From a virus (Duplodnaviria > Caudoviricetes): a stretch of DNA of 64,000 bases. Positions 20,287-30,755 of the stretch are shown one piece after another. Position 1 is the stretch's first letter. Each line of letters opens with the position of its first letter. Where the stretch lies: IMG/VR virus record IMGVR_UViG_3300021400_000062, positions 1 to 64,000 of that record; one strand, 5' to 3'. The notes beneath the pieces were generated by a model. The model was not told the DNA's origin. It ran no database searches and worked only from the letters and a program-made list of their open reading frames with translations. Made by a program: the position numbers and the translations under genes.

Positions 20287-23200
20287 TTACTTGCAATCTC
20301 TTATATTTTCAAGCCAAGCTTGAGCATCTTTGATATTGGTTGTTTCAATACCATGCGATTGAAGTATGCTTGATATTTCAGCAAGACTCTTACCAGTAAG
20401 TTCTTTACCCCAAGATTTTGCATCAATAACTGTTTTGAACGAATCTCTAAATTCAGCGTTTCTTGAAACACCAACAAATGTACCACTAACCCTTCTAAGT
20501 CTTTCCTGCGTATCCTTTGAACCAATTTCAATCGGAGCTTTATTAGATTGACTGTTTACAGCAACCGGTTCTTGTGATGGTTGTGCTGGCTGTTGTTCAC
20601 CAGTTGGATTCTCTCTATATGCCACAACATCACCAAGCGCCATATTTAAAACCTCTTCTTCTGTTATGCCAAGAATTTCATTTGCTTCAATTCTTTCAGT
20701 GCCCGGCTCAACAGTAGTTGTATCATACTCATTTATAGCCCTTTCTCTTGCAGCCCTTTCTTTTATCTCTCTTATCCTATCAATCATCTGTCTTGATTGC
20801 TCAACAGTTGCAACTGTAACATTGTTCTTTCTGTCAAGCTTTACAACAAGAGGACTATTGTCATCATTGCTTATTATATAGTATCTATTCCTGCTCTTTG
20901 GCTCTGTATATGCTGGTGTAAGACCACTCTCTGTTATAATCTTGTTGTAATAGAAAGATGTTCTTATGGATTCATCTGTAACCAGATTAGACCTTTCATC
21001 AAACAAGCCATTATCAGATTCTCTATAATGCTGTCCGTTGATAACATAGGTATTCTCCCTACCATTTATCTGACTCTGCTGATTTTGTACCGGTTCTGTT
21101 CTAACCTCCTTTTGTTCAATTATTGGTCTACCATCAGAACCAACTGGATATGTATAATATGCTGCATTGGTTGTACCGAGATATGCAATATCTGTTTGGA
21201 AACAACCTGCCTCATCCATCATCTTAAACCTTTCTTGCAGCAACAGGTTATTTCTGCTATAATTTATCTTGAAGTCAGCATTTGTAACCTCTTGGAAGAA
21301 ATCTGTTTGACTAAATTCATTTGAATTCAGATTGAATCTTACAGGTTCACCACCATTAAATCTTACTGTTATTGTATTATTTTTCTCATCACCAATGGTA
21401 ATCCTATTGTTATCATCAAATACAAGAAGCTTTCTAAGTTCACCAAGAGCTGCATTTCTTTCATTAAAGTCTCTTGATGTAATCATAGTAAGAAGGTTGT
21501 CTATATTTCTTCCAAACCTTGTTGTCCTGTCTATTTCATTAAGCCTCTTTGTATTTAATCTTACTGGTACAAGCACATTGTTTGCACCTCTTACCATAAG
21601 AAATACAGCGCCAGAGTTTCTATCTATTGCAGATGGAAGATAATATTTCTCATTTGAAATACCAATTGTAACAGCCTTTGTCTTTTCTTGTATGATAAAC
21701 TTAAGGTCTTCATATTGAAGTCCCATTGGATTTCTTACAGAATCTTCAAGTATCTGACCAATACTTCTCATTTCTGTGGATTGGTCTGTACTTAACCTCT
21801 TTGTAATACTACCGGGCTTTATTGTCTTGACATTTGTATATGCTTGGCTTACATGATACAGTTGATTTTCACCTTCCTTGCTTGAAAAATATTGACCAGA
21901 AGACTGTTTAATCTTATCTTTTATAAGGTTAAAGTTATTAAGTTGGTTGCTATCATATACCCTCTTTCCGGTAGTTGGGTCAATTCTTGAAGAGAATCCA
22001 GTAGTACCAACAATAAGCCATCTTTTACCATTGGCTTCTACAACACCACCAAGGTCTTTATTGTGCAATCTTTCAATCTCCGGAGTAAACTCAACAACAT
22101 TGAAGATATACATTTCATGCTTTTTCCCATCTTTCCCAACATGTTCAGCAACAGGAACACCCTCTTCAATATTTGGATTTGTTACCATGAAATGTATCTT
22201 TGTATCAGGATGTTTATCTATAATCCTGCCAAACTCTCTGTCTATGATATCTTGAACCCTCATTCCGTGGCTTGAAAGGAATTCAAAATACTCATTCATG
22301 CTATCACCTTCTACTGCACCCTTTCTCTTTACTTGCTCTTTGCCAATCTTATCAAATCTTAAAGCATCTGCATCATACTCATACATAGTATTGCCAACAA
22401 GGTCAGATGTTGGGTCTGGTTCAGTATATGCTTGATAATCAGTTTCACCAGAGTCAACATCTACAACACTTGTTGGTTTTGGTGTTGTTGGAACTTCATC
22501 AACAACACTTGGTGTATATGTTGTCAGACCATCATCTGTAACAACAAACGCTGTACCATCTTGTATTGGTCTTGTTTCAGCCTCTGGGTCATAAACAACC
22601 TCTGGACCAACATAATCTTCTATTGTTGGAGCTGGTATAACACCTTCTGTTGAAACATCATCAGCAGAAACTTCTGGTCTTGGTGTTTCAGCATCATCAA
22701 CATCAGCTTGCTTTCTACCAAGGTTCTGTTGAGATGATTTACCATTATCTTTTGGTTCTTCTTTCCTTGTCTCTTTTATCCCTTCTTTGCTACCGGTTTC
22801 CTTTTTTGCTATATCCAGTAATTGTTTCCTCTTTTCCTCTCTCTGCTTTTTACTGTTTTTCATAGATGCTTTAGACTTGGTTGCACCTCTTTGGTAACCA
22901 AGTTCTTGAGCTCTATTGAGTAAAGCATTTATATCTCCTCTTATTACTTGAACATCACTATCGTTAAGGCTTTCATCAGTGAGTATTTCTTCAAGGTTTG
23001 CTACAAGTTCTTTCAAGTTGCTCGATACATCAAACATGTTTTTCACAGTTTGAAGTGCATTTATCCTTCTTTGTTCATTTGGAATAACATCTTTTGCAAC
23101 ACCTGATATATCATCACTGAATTTTGACATTTCAAGAAGCCCTTTAAGATAACCTCCTTTCTTTGGGTGCTGTTCTATGTATTCTTGTAGAATCTCCGTG

Positions 23201-26200
23201 CTAACACCACTACCATTTATACCATTTCTACCACGCAACAATCTTTCTTCATTTGTGCTTGCACTATCAATAAACTCAAATATCTTTTCTTTTTGTCGTT
23301 GCCTGAATGCAGATGTTCTTTTCAACTCATTTTGAGCCTTTTGTTGTCTTATATAGAAAGATGCTTCTGCTGGATTGTTTGCCATATTATCAAAAGCAAC
23401 TCTTACACCATCCATCCTTTCTGATAGTGTTGCAGAATCTTGAACAAGCTGTTCAAAGTCTTCGCTTCTTTCTTTGCCATGAGCTATTGTCTGTTCAATA
23501 ATCCTTTGTTGCCTCTTTGAAAAATCATTCCTATGCATCGGGTCAAGAACCCACGCTCTTTGTTTTGGAGAAAGACCAAGTATTTCATTCTCGGTCATTA
23601 ATCCAGTAAACTCAACTGGCTTACCTTTTTCATTGACAAAAGCATTACCATCATCCTTTATTTTTTCAAGAGTTTCCTTTTCAGCATCAAGTCTGTTTGA
23701 ATATGATTCCTTTCTTATTTCTGCTATCCTCTTTTCATATCTAACCTTAATGACATCTTCCGGTTTTGCGTCAGACATTCCTTTGAGTTTTTCATCCTTC
23801 TCCTTTATTATCTTATCCTGCTCATCAATTCTCTTCTGGATTTCATCAAGGAATTCATTCTGTACCTTTATCCTTCTTTCCCAACCAGACCTACTTCCAT
23901 ATTCAGCTTGAGAGCTAAAGCTTAACTGTGAATCAACGGGAGATGCGTGGCCACTTATGGTTTGTTCTATATCATTTATTCTTTGCTTCCAAGTATCTCC
24001 CATTGTAAGCATATAAGCCAACTCATCTTTCAGGTCATCTGACATTGCCCTGCCATTAGTAGATTTGCTGAACCTGTTTATCTTATCCTTATATGAGTTA
24101 ATCATATCAAGCAAATCCTTTGCATTGCCTTGAATAAGACCAGCTGCAACCTCTCTGCTATTTGGATTGTTTGCTATTGTTTCATTATCTTTATCTGCAA
24201 GAAATTCATCAATAATAGAGCTTGGAATATTACCAGAAGCAAGGTCATTGAGTTCATTTATAGCATTTGTAAGTCTTGAACTCTGGCTTAATACTCTATC
24301 AGACTGCGCATTTGCAAGCATTTTTGCAACAACAAAAGCACGATATGTTTTATCATCTTTCAGTTCCTTCATTCCCTTCTGTGCTCTATCCTTTGGAAAC
24401 ATTGATGCAACATATCCGGACATATCACTCAACACCCTATCATTATCTTTCAGGACTTTATTTGCTGCATCAATCATTGTTTTTGTGTTTGCTTGAGCAG
24501 TCCTTGCCTCTCTAATAGATACTGTTAACGGATTATCAATATGTTGTACTATTGATTCTATTGCTCTACCACCCCGTGTACTCCTATCCCTCGTTGTTGT
24601 TACATCGGTTGTAAAGTTTGGAATAAACCCAAACAATCCACCAATACCACCAATGAATCCATCATACCAAGACTGCTTATCAAGGAGAGCATCACCAGCA
24701 CTTTTGAACCCATAGTTTATTCCATCAAGAAAGTTGATTGTATAGCCATCGTGTACAGTAGCATAATCATCGGGATTATCATATCTATTTACAAAGCCTT
24801 GATATGCCCCCTTACCAACACCAGAACCAAAACCAACAGTAACATCATCCCAGTAGTTAGACCAGAATCCACCAAAGATTTTCTGACCAAGATAATATCC
24901 AGCAAGAGGAAGTTCCGAGTTATATTTCAATGCCATTTTACCGGCAACCTCTTTGAATGGTGCAATACCATCATCAAACATTACTGTGGTGTTATCTTTA
25001 CCAAGAAGCCATTTCTTGTAAGAAAGATTAGCTGCTGTCATTCTCAGCTCCTCTATAAGAGAGTCTGTTACATATGCTGTTCTTGCAGCATTTTCTATTG
25101 CATTTAATCTATTCTGGTCTTGGGTGTATTCATTAAATGCTCTTTGAAATTCCACATTATTTGAGTCGTCTGTTCCAGATGTTCTCTTTGCATATTCAAG
25201 ACCATCTGTAACAAGTTGCTGCCTTAATTCATCAAGCGTTTGGTTATATGTTTGTATACCATATGCCTGAGCAATACCACCAGCATTAAATGCTGCTGTA
25301 AGACCAACACCAACAGCACCTGCAACACCACCAACCTTACCAAGACCAGCAAGCCACTTATTAGCACCACCAGTAAGTTGACCAATAATATAATCACTCC
25401 ACAGGAACTTACCCATCTTAATAGCCTCATCAAGAGTCTGCCTACTCCAAACCCTAAGCTCTTCATCTGGTTTATACACATTATTATATTGTGATACACC
25501 ACCATTGTGATTAGCTCTATCTATCTCAAGAGCATCAAGAGTATTATATTGGTCTACACCATTCCAATATTGTGGATTATCCCAATTGCTTAATAGTTCT
25601 CCATTCTCATCTTTACCATTCAGCCAATCATTAAATTTCTGCTCTCTTAATGCTTTTTCTTCACCGGAAGATGTAAGTATACCAATTTGTTTGCCAACAC
25701 TTTCAGCATATATCACCTTGTTCATAAGGTTGGCAACACCACCAACAAGCACATTGTTCATTACATTACCAGCCCTTTCAATAAATGGCATGTCATCTGC
25801 TATGTGCTTCCTAAACTGCAAGTCAAGATTTTCAAAAGCTTCATTGCCATCAAAGTTACTGTTCATTGCAAAGAATTCTGCAATGTATCTTATCTTGTCA
25901 TCAAGAGTAAGATTTCTTATATGCGGTGTATTTTCAAATGCATTATAGTAATTTGAGCTTGCTGATATATCCCTAAATAGCCAGTCAATCCTGTTTTCCG
26001 GAGTATCCTTAAGATTCTCAACAGTAGATGCCCAGTAATCCTGAATGGCCTTCTGTCTACCTTCTCCATCCAACACTCTTGATGTTGAACCCATTCCACC
26101 GGAAATTATTTTCTCATACTGACCAATATATGGTTTCAGCTCATTTTCTGATGGTGCTTGCTCAAGGGTAGACTTTATCAGCGTATTCTTATACCAATCA

Positions 26201-26853
26201 CTTTCTTCTGGTGTGTATTGTATCCCACCGTTTTGAGTTTCAAGCTTAATACTATTTATTATCTGCTCTATCTCTGGAGAAAGAGCAGAAACTTTTCTCT
26301 CATAATCTCTTGATATTACATCTTGAAGAACTTTATCAGAGTGTTCTTTGGTATTTTCTGGATAATTATTTTCTGCTTGTTCTTCAAAGAATGGAGAATC
26401 AATATATTGATTTGACCTCGACTCTTTTGCAAGGTTGCTACCAATGTTTTCTATTTCCTTAATTTCCGATTCTGTTTTCCAATCGCTATTAAGTAGGTCA
26501 AGCTTGCCTTCTGTTGTAAGCTTCTTATTTAATCTATTATACTCATCAAGATTTAGATTTGGGCCAATTTCATCTATACCAAACTTTTCATCAAACCCAT
26601 CTTGAATCATGGTATCACGATATAATCTTTTTATATCGTCATTATTCTTCACATTTTCCTTAAGATATGATTTATCATACCTATTCAGCAATTCGTCAAG
26701 TTGATAGTTTATATCTATTTCTTCAAGACTTGCGTTTGATTTAAATATACCAGACTTTACTCCATTGTCAATATACTCCTTCCTTTCATTGTCTGAAAGT
26801 CCAGATATACCAACAACCTCATACTTACCACTATTGTCTCTTCTTATTGGCAT
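20287..26853 (-). CDS. Giant virion cargo/ejection protein
   Basis: 2188-aa ORF with Gly/Ala-rich hydrophobic segments and coiled coils; lies downstream of the cargo genes. Confidence 0.65.
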   Translation of the reverse strand: MPIRRDNSGKYEVVGISGLSDNERKEYIDNGVKSGIFKSNASLEEIDINYQLDELLNRYDKSYLKENVKNNDDIKRLYRDTMIQDGFDEKFGIDEIGPNLNLDEYNRLNKKLTTEGKLDLLNSDWKTESEIKEIENIGSNLAKESRSNQYIDSPFFEEQAENNYPENTKEHSDKVLQDVISRDYERKVSALSPEIEQIINSIKLETQNGGIQYTPEESDWYKNTLIKSTLEQAPSENELKPYIGQYEKIISGGMGSTSRVLDGEGRQKAIQDYWASTVENLKDTPENRIDWLFRDISASSNYYNAFENTPHIRNLTLDDKIRYIAEFFAMNSNFDGNEAFENLDLQFRKHIADDMPFIERAGNVMNNVLVGGVANLMNKVIYAESVGKQIGILTSSGEEKALREQKFNDWLNGKDENGELLSNWDNPQYWNGVDQYNTLDALEIDRANHNGGVSQYNNVYKPDEELRVWSRQTLDEAIKMGKFLWSDYIIGQLTGGANKWLAGLGKVGGVAGAVGVGLTAAFNAGGIAQAYGIQTYNQTLDELRQQLVTDGLEYAKRTSGTDDSNNVEFQRAFNEYTQDQNRLNAIENAARTAYVTDSLIEELRMTAANLSYKKWLLGKDNTTVMFDDGIAPFKEVAGKMALKYNSELPLAGYYLGQKIFGGFWSNYWDDVTVGFGSGVGKGAYQGFVNRYDNPDDYATVHDGYTINFLDGINYGFKSAGDALLDKQSWYDGFIGGIGGLFGFIPNFTTDVTTTRDRSTRGGRAIESIVQHIDNPLTVSIREARTAQANTKTMIDAANKVLKDNDRVLSDMSGYVASMFPKDRAQKGMKELKDDKTYRAFVVAKMLANAQSDRVLSQSSRLTNAINELNDLASGNIPSSIIDEFLADKDNETIANNPNSREVAAGLIQGNAKDLLDMINSYKDKINRFSKSTNGRAMSDDLKDELAYMLTMGDTWKQRINDIEQTISGHASPVDSQLSFSSQAEYGSRSGWERRIKVQNEFLDEIQKRIDEQDKIIKEKDEKLKGMSDAKPEDVIKVRYEKRIAEIRKESYSNRLDAEKETLEKIKDDGNAFVNEKGKPVEFTGLMTENEILGLSPKQRAWVLDPMHRNDFSKRQQRIIEQTIAHGKERSEDFEQLVQDSATLSERMDGVRVAFDNMANNPAEASFYIRQQKAQNELKRTSAFRQRQKEKIFEFIDSASTNEERLLRGRNGINGSGVSTEILQEYIEQHPKKGGYLKGLLEMSKFSDDISGVAKDVIPNEQRRINALQTVKNMFDVSSNLKELVANLEEILTDESLNDSDVQVIRGDINALLNRAQELGYQRGATKSKASMKNSKKQREEKRKQLLDIAKKETGSKEGIKETRKEEPKDNGKSSQQNLGRKQADVDDAETPRPEVSADDVSTEGVIPAPTIEDYVGPEVVYDPEAETRPIQDGTAFVVTDDGLTTYTPSVVDEVPTTPKPTSVVDVDSGETDYQAYTEPDPTSDLVGNTMYEYDADALRFDKIGKEQVKRKGAVEGDSMNEYFEFLSSHGMRVQDIIDREFGRIIDKHPDTKIHFMVTNPNIEEGVPVAEHVGKDGKKHEMYIFNVVEFTPEIERLHNKDLGGVVEANGKRWLIVGTTGFSSRIDPTTGKRVYDSNQLNNFNLIKDKIKQSSGQYFSSKEGENQLYHVSQAYTNVKTIKPGSITKRLSTDQSTEMRSIGQILEDSVRNPMGLQYEDLKFIIQEKTKAVTIGISNEKYYLPSAIDRNSGAVFLMVRGANNVLVPVRLNTKRLNEIDRTTRFGRNIDNLLTMITSRDFNERNAALGELRKLLVFDDNNRITIGDEKNNTITVRFNGGEPVRFNLNSNEFSQTDFFQEVTNADFKINYSRNNLLLQERFKMMDEAGCFQTDIAYLGTTNAAYYTYPVGSDGRPIIEQKEVRTEPVQNQQSQINGRENTYVINGQHYRESDNGLFDERSNLVTDESIRTSFYYNKIITESGLTPAYTEPKSRNRYYIISNDDNSPLVVKLDRKNNVTVATVEQSRQMIDRIREIKERAARERAINEYDTTTVEPGTERIEANEILGITEEEVLNMALGDVVAYRENPTGEQQPAQPSQEPVAVNSQSNKAPIEIGSKDTQERLRRVSGTFVGVSRNAEFRDSFKTVIDAKSWGKELTGKSLAEISSILQSHGIETTNIKDAQAWLENIRDCK

Positions 26854-26865
26854 AGGTCAAATTAT

Positions 26866-28398
26866 TTATCTTCCTAATCTATTTGCTGCAACATTTGTTT
26901 CTTGTTGCTCTTGCATATCCTGTTGGGCTTGAACATTATTAGCAGTTTGTACATCACCAATAGCACTGCCTCTTTCTTCTCCACCACTTGTTATAATAGA
27001 TTGTGGAGATGAGCTATCAACAGCAACATTACCCTGAGTTTCCTTTCTATTGCCATCTTTACCAAAACCAATCTTACTTGTTGTATATATTGTCATATTT
27101 GGATTTTCTTCAAGTCTTTCTTCGATATCACTTACAATATCATCAATTGACCTTTCTTTTTCAACACCATACTCAATTGTTTTAGTCTTTATACCAAGGT
27201 CTCTTGCAACCGTCTTTATATCTTGCGTGGTAAGTTGATTCTTGATATCCTCACTTGTTCCATGTTCTCCAACAACTACTTTACTATATCCATTTAATAC
27301 GGTTTGTTTCTTTGTGCCAACACCTACTTCATCAGAAGACTTTCCATGCCTTGAAACATTACCATTCTTATCATATACTCTTAATCCATATTGTGGTGTT
27401 CTCTGTGTGCCTGAACCACTGGTGCCACCACCCTTCTTATCAGCTGTTGCTCTTGCTGCTATATTCCTTGGATTCTCATCGCTCTTTTCCCAAGCAAGTT
27501 CTTGCTGCTTAAGATTAAGCATAGCATTTTGGTATCTTGACATAAAGTCTTCATTCTTCTGTCTTTCCTCTTTATAGTCATAAGATAGACCAGCAAGTAT
27601 TCCATCAAGACCTTTACTTAACACAGTTCTCTTGTCATTTACATTTTGTAATCTGTCAACACCATTTGCGTTTCCTATCCTATTGAGTGCATTGGCTATA
27701 TACCCATATGCCGACCTTATCTCACTAATACCATTAAGTGTTGATTTATCAGAAATGTCTTTGCCTGCAAGGTTTGCAAGTGCTTCACCAATCTGGTCTG
27801 CACTATATCCATATTGATAAGCTTGAACAAAATATTGAGAACCAAGATTTTCATCAATCCCCCAATCTTTCAATACTGTTCTCAATCTTGCAGATTGAGC
27901 CTTTGCATCAGCAAGACCTTCTGCATAAACCTTATCACCACTTACTGTAAATGTATCTGGCGCTTTACCATTCATCCAGCTGCCAAGATTAGTGTTAACT
28001 GGGTCGTTACCAACAAGACTCGGGTCTTTTATCTTTGCATCTCTAAAAGCCTTTGCAGCTTCTGCCCTACTATTAAAGGCCTGTTGTATTGGTATGAGCT
28101 TATTGGCATAATCACTTCTCAGTTCCCTCAAAGCCCTTCTGCTTGAACTTAAATCACCGGTTCTCAAAAGCTCATTAGCTGTATTGACCATCTTGTCATT
28201 ATAATCCTTATATACTCTGGCCAATTCTGGGTCTTGATTTTCATCTATCAACCCACCAATAGTGCTTGCGAGAACATCTTGCTCATCAAGAGCGTCCATT
28301 CTCTTATCATATTCTTCCTTATATTGCTCCAACGGTTGAATCCTCGTTTTATAATCAACAGGATTAAAAGTTGGGGCCACCATTGAATATCTTGGCAT
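26866..28398 (-). CDS. Putative cargo/ejection protein
   Basis: 510-aa helical ORF between cargo genes; N-terminus PTFNPVDY. Confidence 0.6.
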   Translation of the reverse strand: MPRYSMVAPTFNPVDYKTRIQPLEQYKEEYDKRMDALDEQDVLASTIGGLIDENQDPELARVYKDYNDKMVNTANELLRTGDLSSSRRALRELRSDYANKLIPIQQAFNSRAEAAKAFRDAKIKDPSLVGNDPVNTNLGSWMNGKAPDTFTVSGDKVYAEGLADAKAQSARLRTVLKDWGIDENLGSQYFVQAYQYGYSADQIGEALANLAGKDISDKSTLNGISEIRSAYGYIANALNRIGNANGVDRLQNVNDKRTVLSKGLDGILAGLSYDYKEERQKNEDFMSRYQNAMLNLKQQELAWEKSDENPRNIAARATADKKGGGTSGSGTQRTPQYGLRVYDKNGNVSRHGKSSDEVGVGTKKQTVLNGYSKVVVGEHGTSEDIKNQLTTQDIKTVARDLGIKTKTIEYGVEKERSIDDIVSDIEERLEENPNMTIYTTSKIGFGKDGNRKETQGNVAVDSSSPQSIITSGGEERGSAIGDVQTANNVQAQQDMQEQQETNVAANRLGR

Positions 28399-28400
28399 AC

Positions 28401-30638
28401 CTACTTCTTTTTAAATTCCTTTATATTGCTTTTCTTAATCTTTCCACCATTTGCTCCATATCTTCTTCCAAGAATCCAAGAAGCATCTCTTGTTGCATCA
28501 TTATTTGGAGCTATATGTTCAAGATAGTATCTTGCCATATCATTGTACATTATATCATTACCCCACTGACCAGCATTATTGAGAGCGGCTGTTTCTTCTG
28601 TGCTTCTTGCTTGCGATGTATCACTCTGAATACTATCGGCGAGCATTGCTTGTCTAATAATATCATTAACCCTTTTCTCGTCTGCTCTCTGATTGTAGAT
28701 TTGAGAATTCAGTGATTGTCCAGCATTGAACTGGTCTATCCCAGTATTGAATTGCTGAACACCCTTTCTTCTTTCCTCATTTGCTGCTGCTGCACCCCTT
28801 CTTGCTTCACCCATCTGACTTGTTATATTATTATTGAGTGCAAGCATAGCATTTCTTGCAGCAAGAGAATTACCACCAGTAGTATCAAGTAGTGCTCTCT
28901 GTGTTCCAAGACCAACATTTTGTAGTCTATTCATTTCATAGTCTACATCATAAGGATTATATGCCATATAACCACCAATTGGTGTGTTTCTTACATTCCT
29001 TATAGTTCTTGCAGCATTACCAATCCTGTCAGACCAAGTATAGTCTTCTTTGTTTCTCCAACCAGAAGCATCTCCAATAGCATTTATTGCAGAACCAACA
29101 ACCGGTACAGCCCTAAATGCTTGGGCAAGATTGTTTGTTCTGAAGATTGGTCTGTTGGTATTGTTTTTACCACTACCAGCTGTTGTTGGAACAGCACCAT
29201 TTGGGAATAGGTCTACTGGAGCTTGTGGTTCATTAGTTCTTGCATCAAGTATGGCTTTGTTTGCTGCAAATGGATTAGACCAATCAACCACACCGACTTC
29301 TGGAAGATAACCAACAATCTGTGGTACACTAAACTTTGGTTGCTCAACACCCAAGAAATTAGGATACTCCCCATTACCAGCGAACAAATTGCCAATCTTA
29401 CCACCAAAAGCATGCTTCCAGCCAGCTGCATTATGTGCAAAATTTGCTTTACGTACCATTGCGGGAGAATATCTATCCTTATTAGCAAGCACTGTTGATG
29501 CAAACTCTTGAACACCCATTCCGCGTTTCTTTGCAGCTGCTGTGAATGTACCAACCTTTGACTTATTTATATGAATATCACCACCATCAGCAAACGTTTG
29601 TTCAAGATTATCAAAAGCTTGATACTCTTGGTCTCTTTCCCTACTTTGTTCTTGCAGTGTAGTAAGTTTTGCCATAGAATCAATAAGTGTGTTCCTGCTA
29701 ATCTTGTCAAGCGGGTTTAGCTGGGACTCTTTCTGCAAATCCCAAGCTATTTCTGAATATGACTTACCTTCATATCTCTTTGGAAGTCTTACTGATTCAA
29801 GCTGACCACCAGTAGGATAAAGCCTGTTTGAGAACACATAATCATTGAACAGAACCTCACCTTCTTCTACAAGATTTGGTGTGCCTGCTGGGTCTACACC
29901 CATAAGAACACCATCGTATGGATTTGTTTCATGAGAACCACCCTCATTGACTTTTACTACACCATTGGTAAATCCATCTTCTCTACCAAGTGGAGAAAAC
30001 ATATTACCGCCAAAAGCTGCGAGTCTTACTTTTGATTTTGTGAAATTATCTATATTGTTATTCTTAAGCATACCACCAAAAGCAGCAAGATTAAGAGCTG
30101 CCGTATTAAATTTGTTTTGAGAAATCTGTTCCGCATTATTAGAGAAGTTTGCAAGATATCTATTCTTTGCTTCTTCTGCTTCCTCATTAAGTCTTTCAGC
30201 TTCTCTCTTTGCTTTTCTATTTCCGGTAAATGAACCAACAAGACCAGAAACAAGACCAGCAGCACCACCAATAACAGCACCAATAGGTCCACCTATAGTA
30301 GCTCCAGCCATAGCTCCAGAACCAATACCTTTAAGTGTACCAACAGCTCTTTCTCCATCAGACTGCCTTAAATCATATGAGCTAAAATCACTTATCTGCG
30401 GATTGATAAAAGCTGATTGAAGGCTATCATAATCTCCATAACCAAACTGAGTATTGTTTATATCATCAATTTGATTGTCAAGCTCATTTATCTTACCTTC
30501 TTTAAGTCTTGATGTTTCACCAAAGGTAGATGCTATTCCTGTGAGTCCAGAAACACCCGCACCAATAGTGCCACCAAGATTATCTTTGCTCCAAGCTTTG
30601 CTCCAAGCATCTCTTGAGTTGGTTCCCCAATTACTCAT
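28401..30638 (-). CDS. Cargo protein with glycine-zipper TM segments (crAss cargo protein 1-like)
   Basis: GAMAGATIGGPIGAVIGGAAGLVSG zipper; GGSHETNPYDGV...VEEGE domain; follows the muzzle gene. Confidence 0.7.
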   Translation of the reverse strand: MSNWGTNSRDAWSKAWSKDNLGGTIGAGVSGLTGIASTFGETSRLKEGKINELDNQIDDINNTQFGYGDYDSLQSAFINPQISDFSSYDLRQSDGERAVGTLKGIGSGAMAGATIGGPIGAVIGGAAGLVSGLVGSFTGNRKAKREAERLNEEAEEAKNRYLANFSNNAEQISQNKFNTAALNLAAFGGMLKNNNIDNFTKSKVRLAAFGGNMFSPLGREDGFTNGVVKVNEGGSHETNPYDGVLMGVDPAGTPNLVEEGEVLFNDYVFSNRLYPTGGQLESVRLPKRYEGKSYSEIAWDLQKESQLNPLDKISRNTLIDSMAKLTTLQEQSRERDQEYQAFDNLEQTFADGGDIHINKSKVGTFTAAAKKRGMGVQEFASTVLANKDRYSPAMVRKANFAHNAAGWKHAFGGKIGNLFAGNGEYPNFLGVEQPKFSVPQIVGYLPEVGVVDWSNPFAANKAILDARTNEPQAPVDLFPNGAVPTTAGSGKNNTNRPIFRTNNLAQAFRAVPVVGSAINAIGDASGWRNKEDYTWSDRIGNAARTIRNVRNTPIGGYMAYNPYDVDYEMNRLQNVGLGTQRALLDTTGGNSLAARNAMLALNNNITSQMGEARRGAAAANEERRKGVQQFNTGIDQFNAGQSLNSQIYNQRADEKRVNDIIRQAMLADSIQSDTSQARSTEETAALNNAGQWGNDIMYNDMARYYLEHIAPNNDATRDASWILGRRYGANGGKIKKSNIKEFKKK

Positions 30639-30668
30639 AACTAAAATTGTATAACTTACTTAACATAG

Positions 30669-30699
30669 CAAAGATATAAAATATATTCAGCCACAGCAA
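30669..30699 (-). promoter_or_regulatory. Sigma-A promoter for the cargo operon
   Basis: Minus strand TTG-20nt-TATCTTTG. Confidence 0.75.
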
Positions 30700-30709
30700 T
30701 TTATTTAAG

Positions 30710-30746
30710 AAAAAATTAAGGAGATAAACAAGCTGTCTATCTCCTT
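30710..30746 (-). terminator. Intrinsic terminator after the muzzle gene
   Basis: Minus strand AAGGAGATAGACA-GCT-TGTTTATCTCCTT followed by AATTTTTT. Confidence 0.8.
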
Positions 30747-30755
30747 TGAATCATT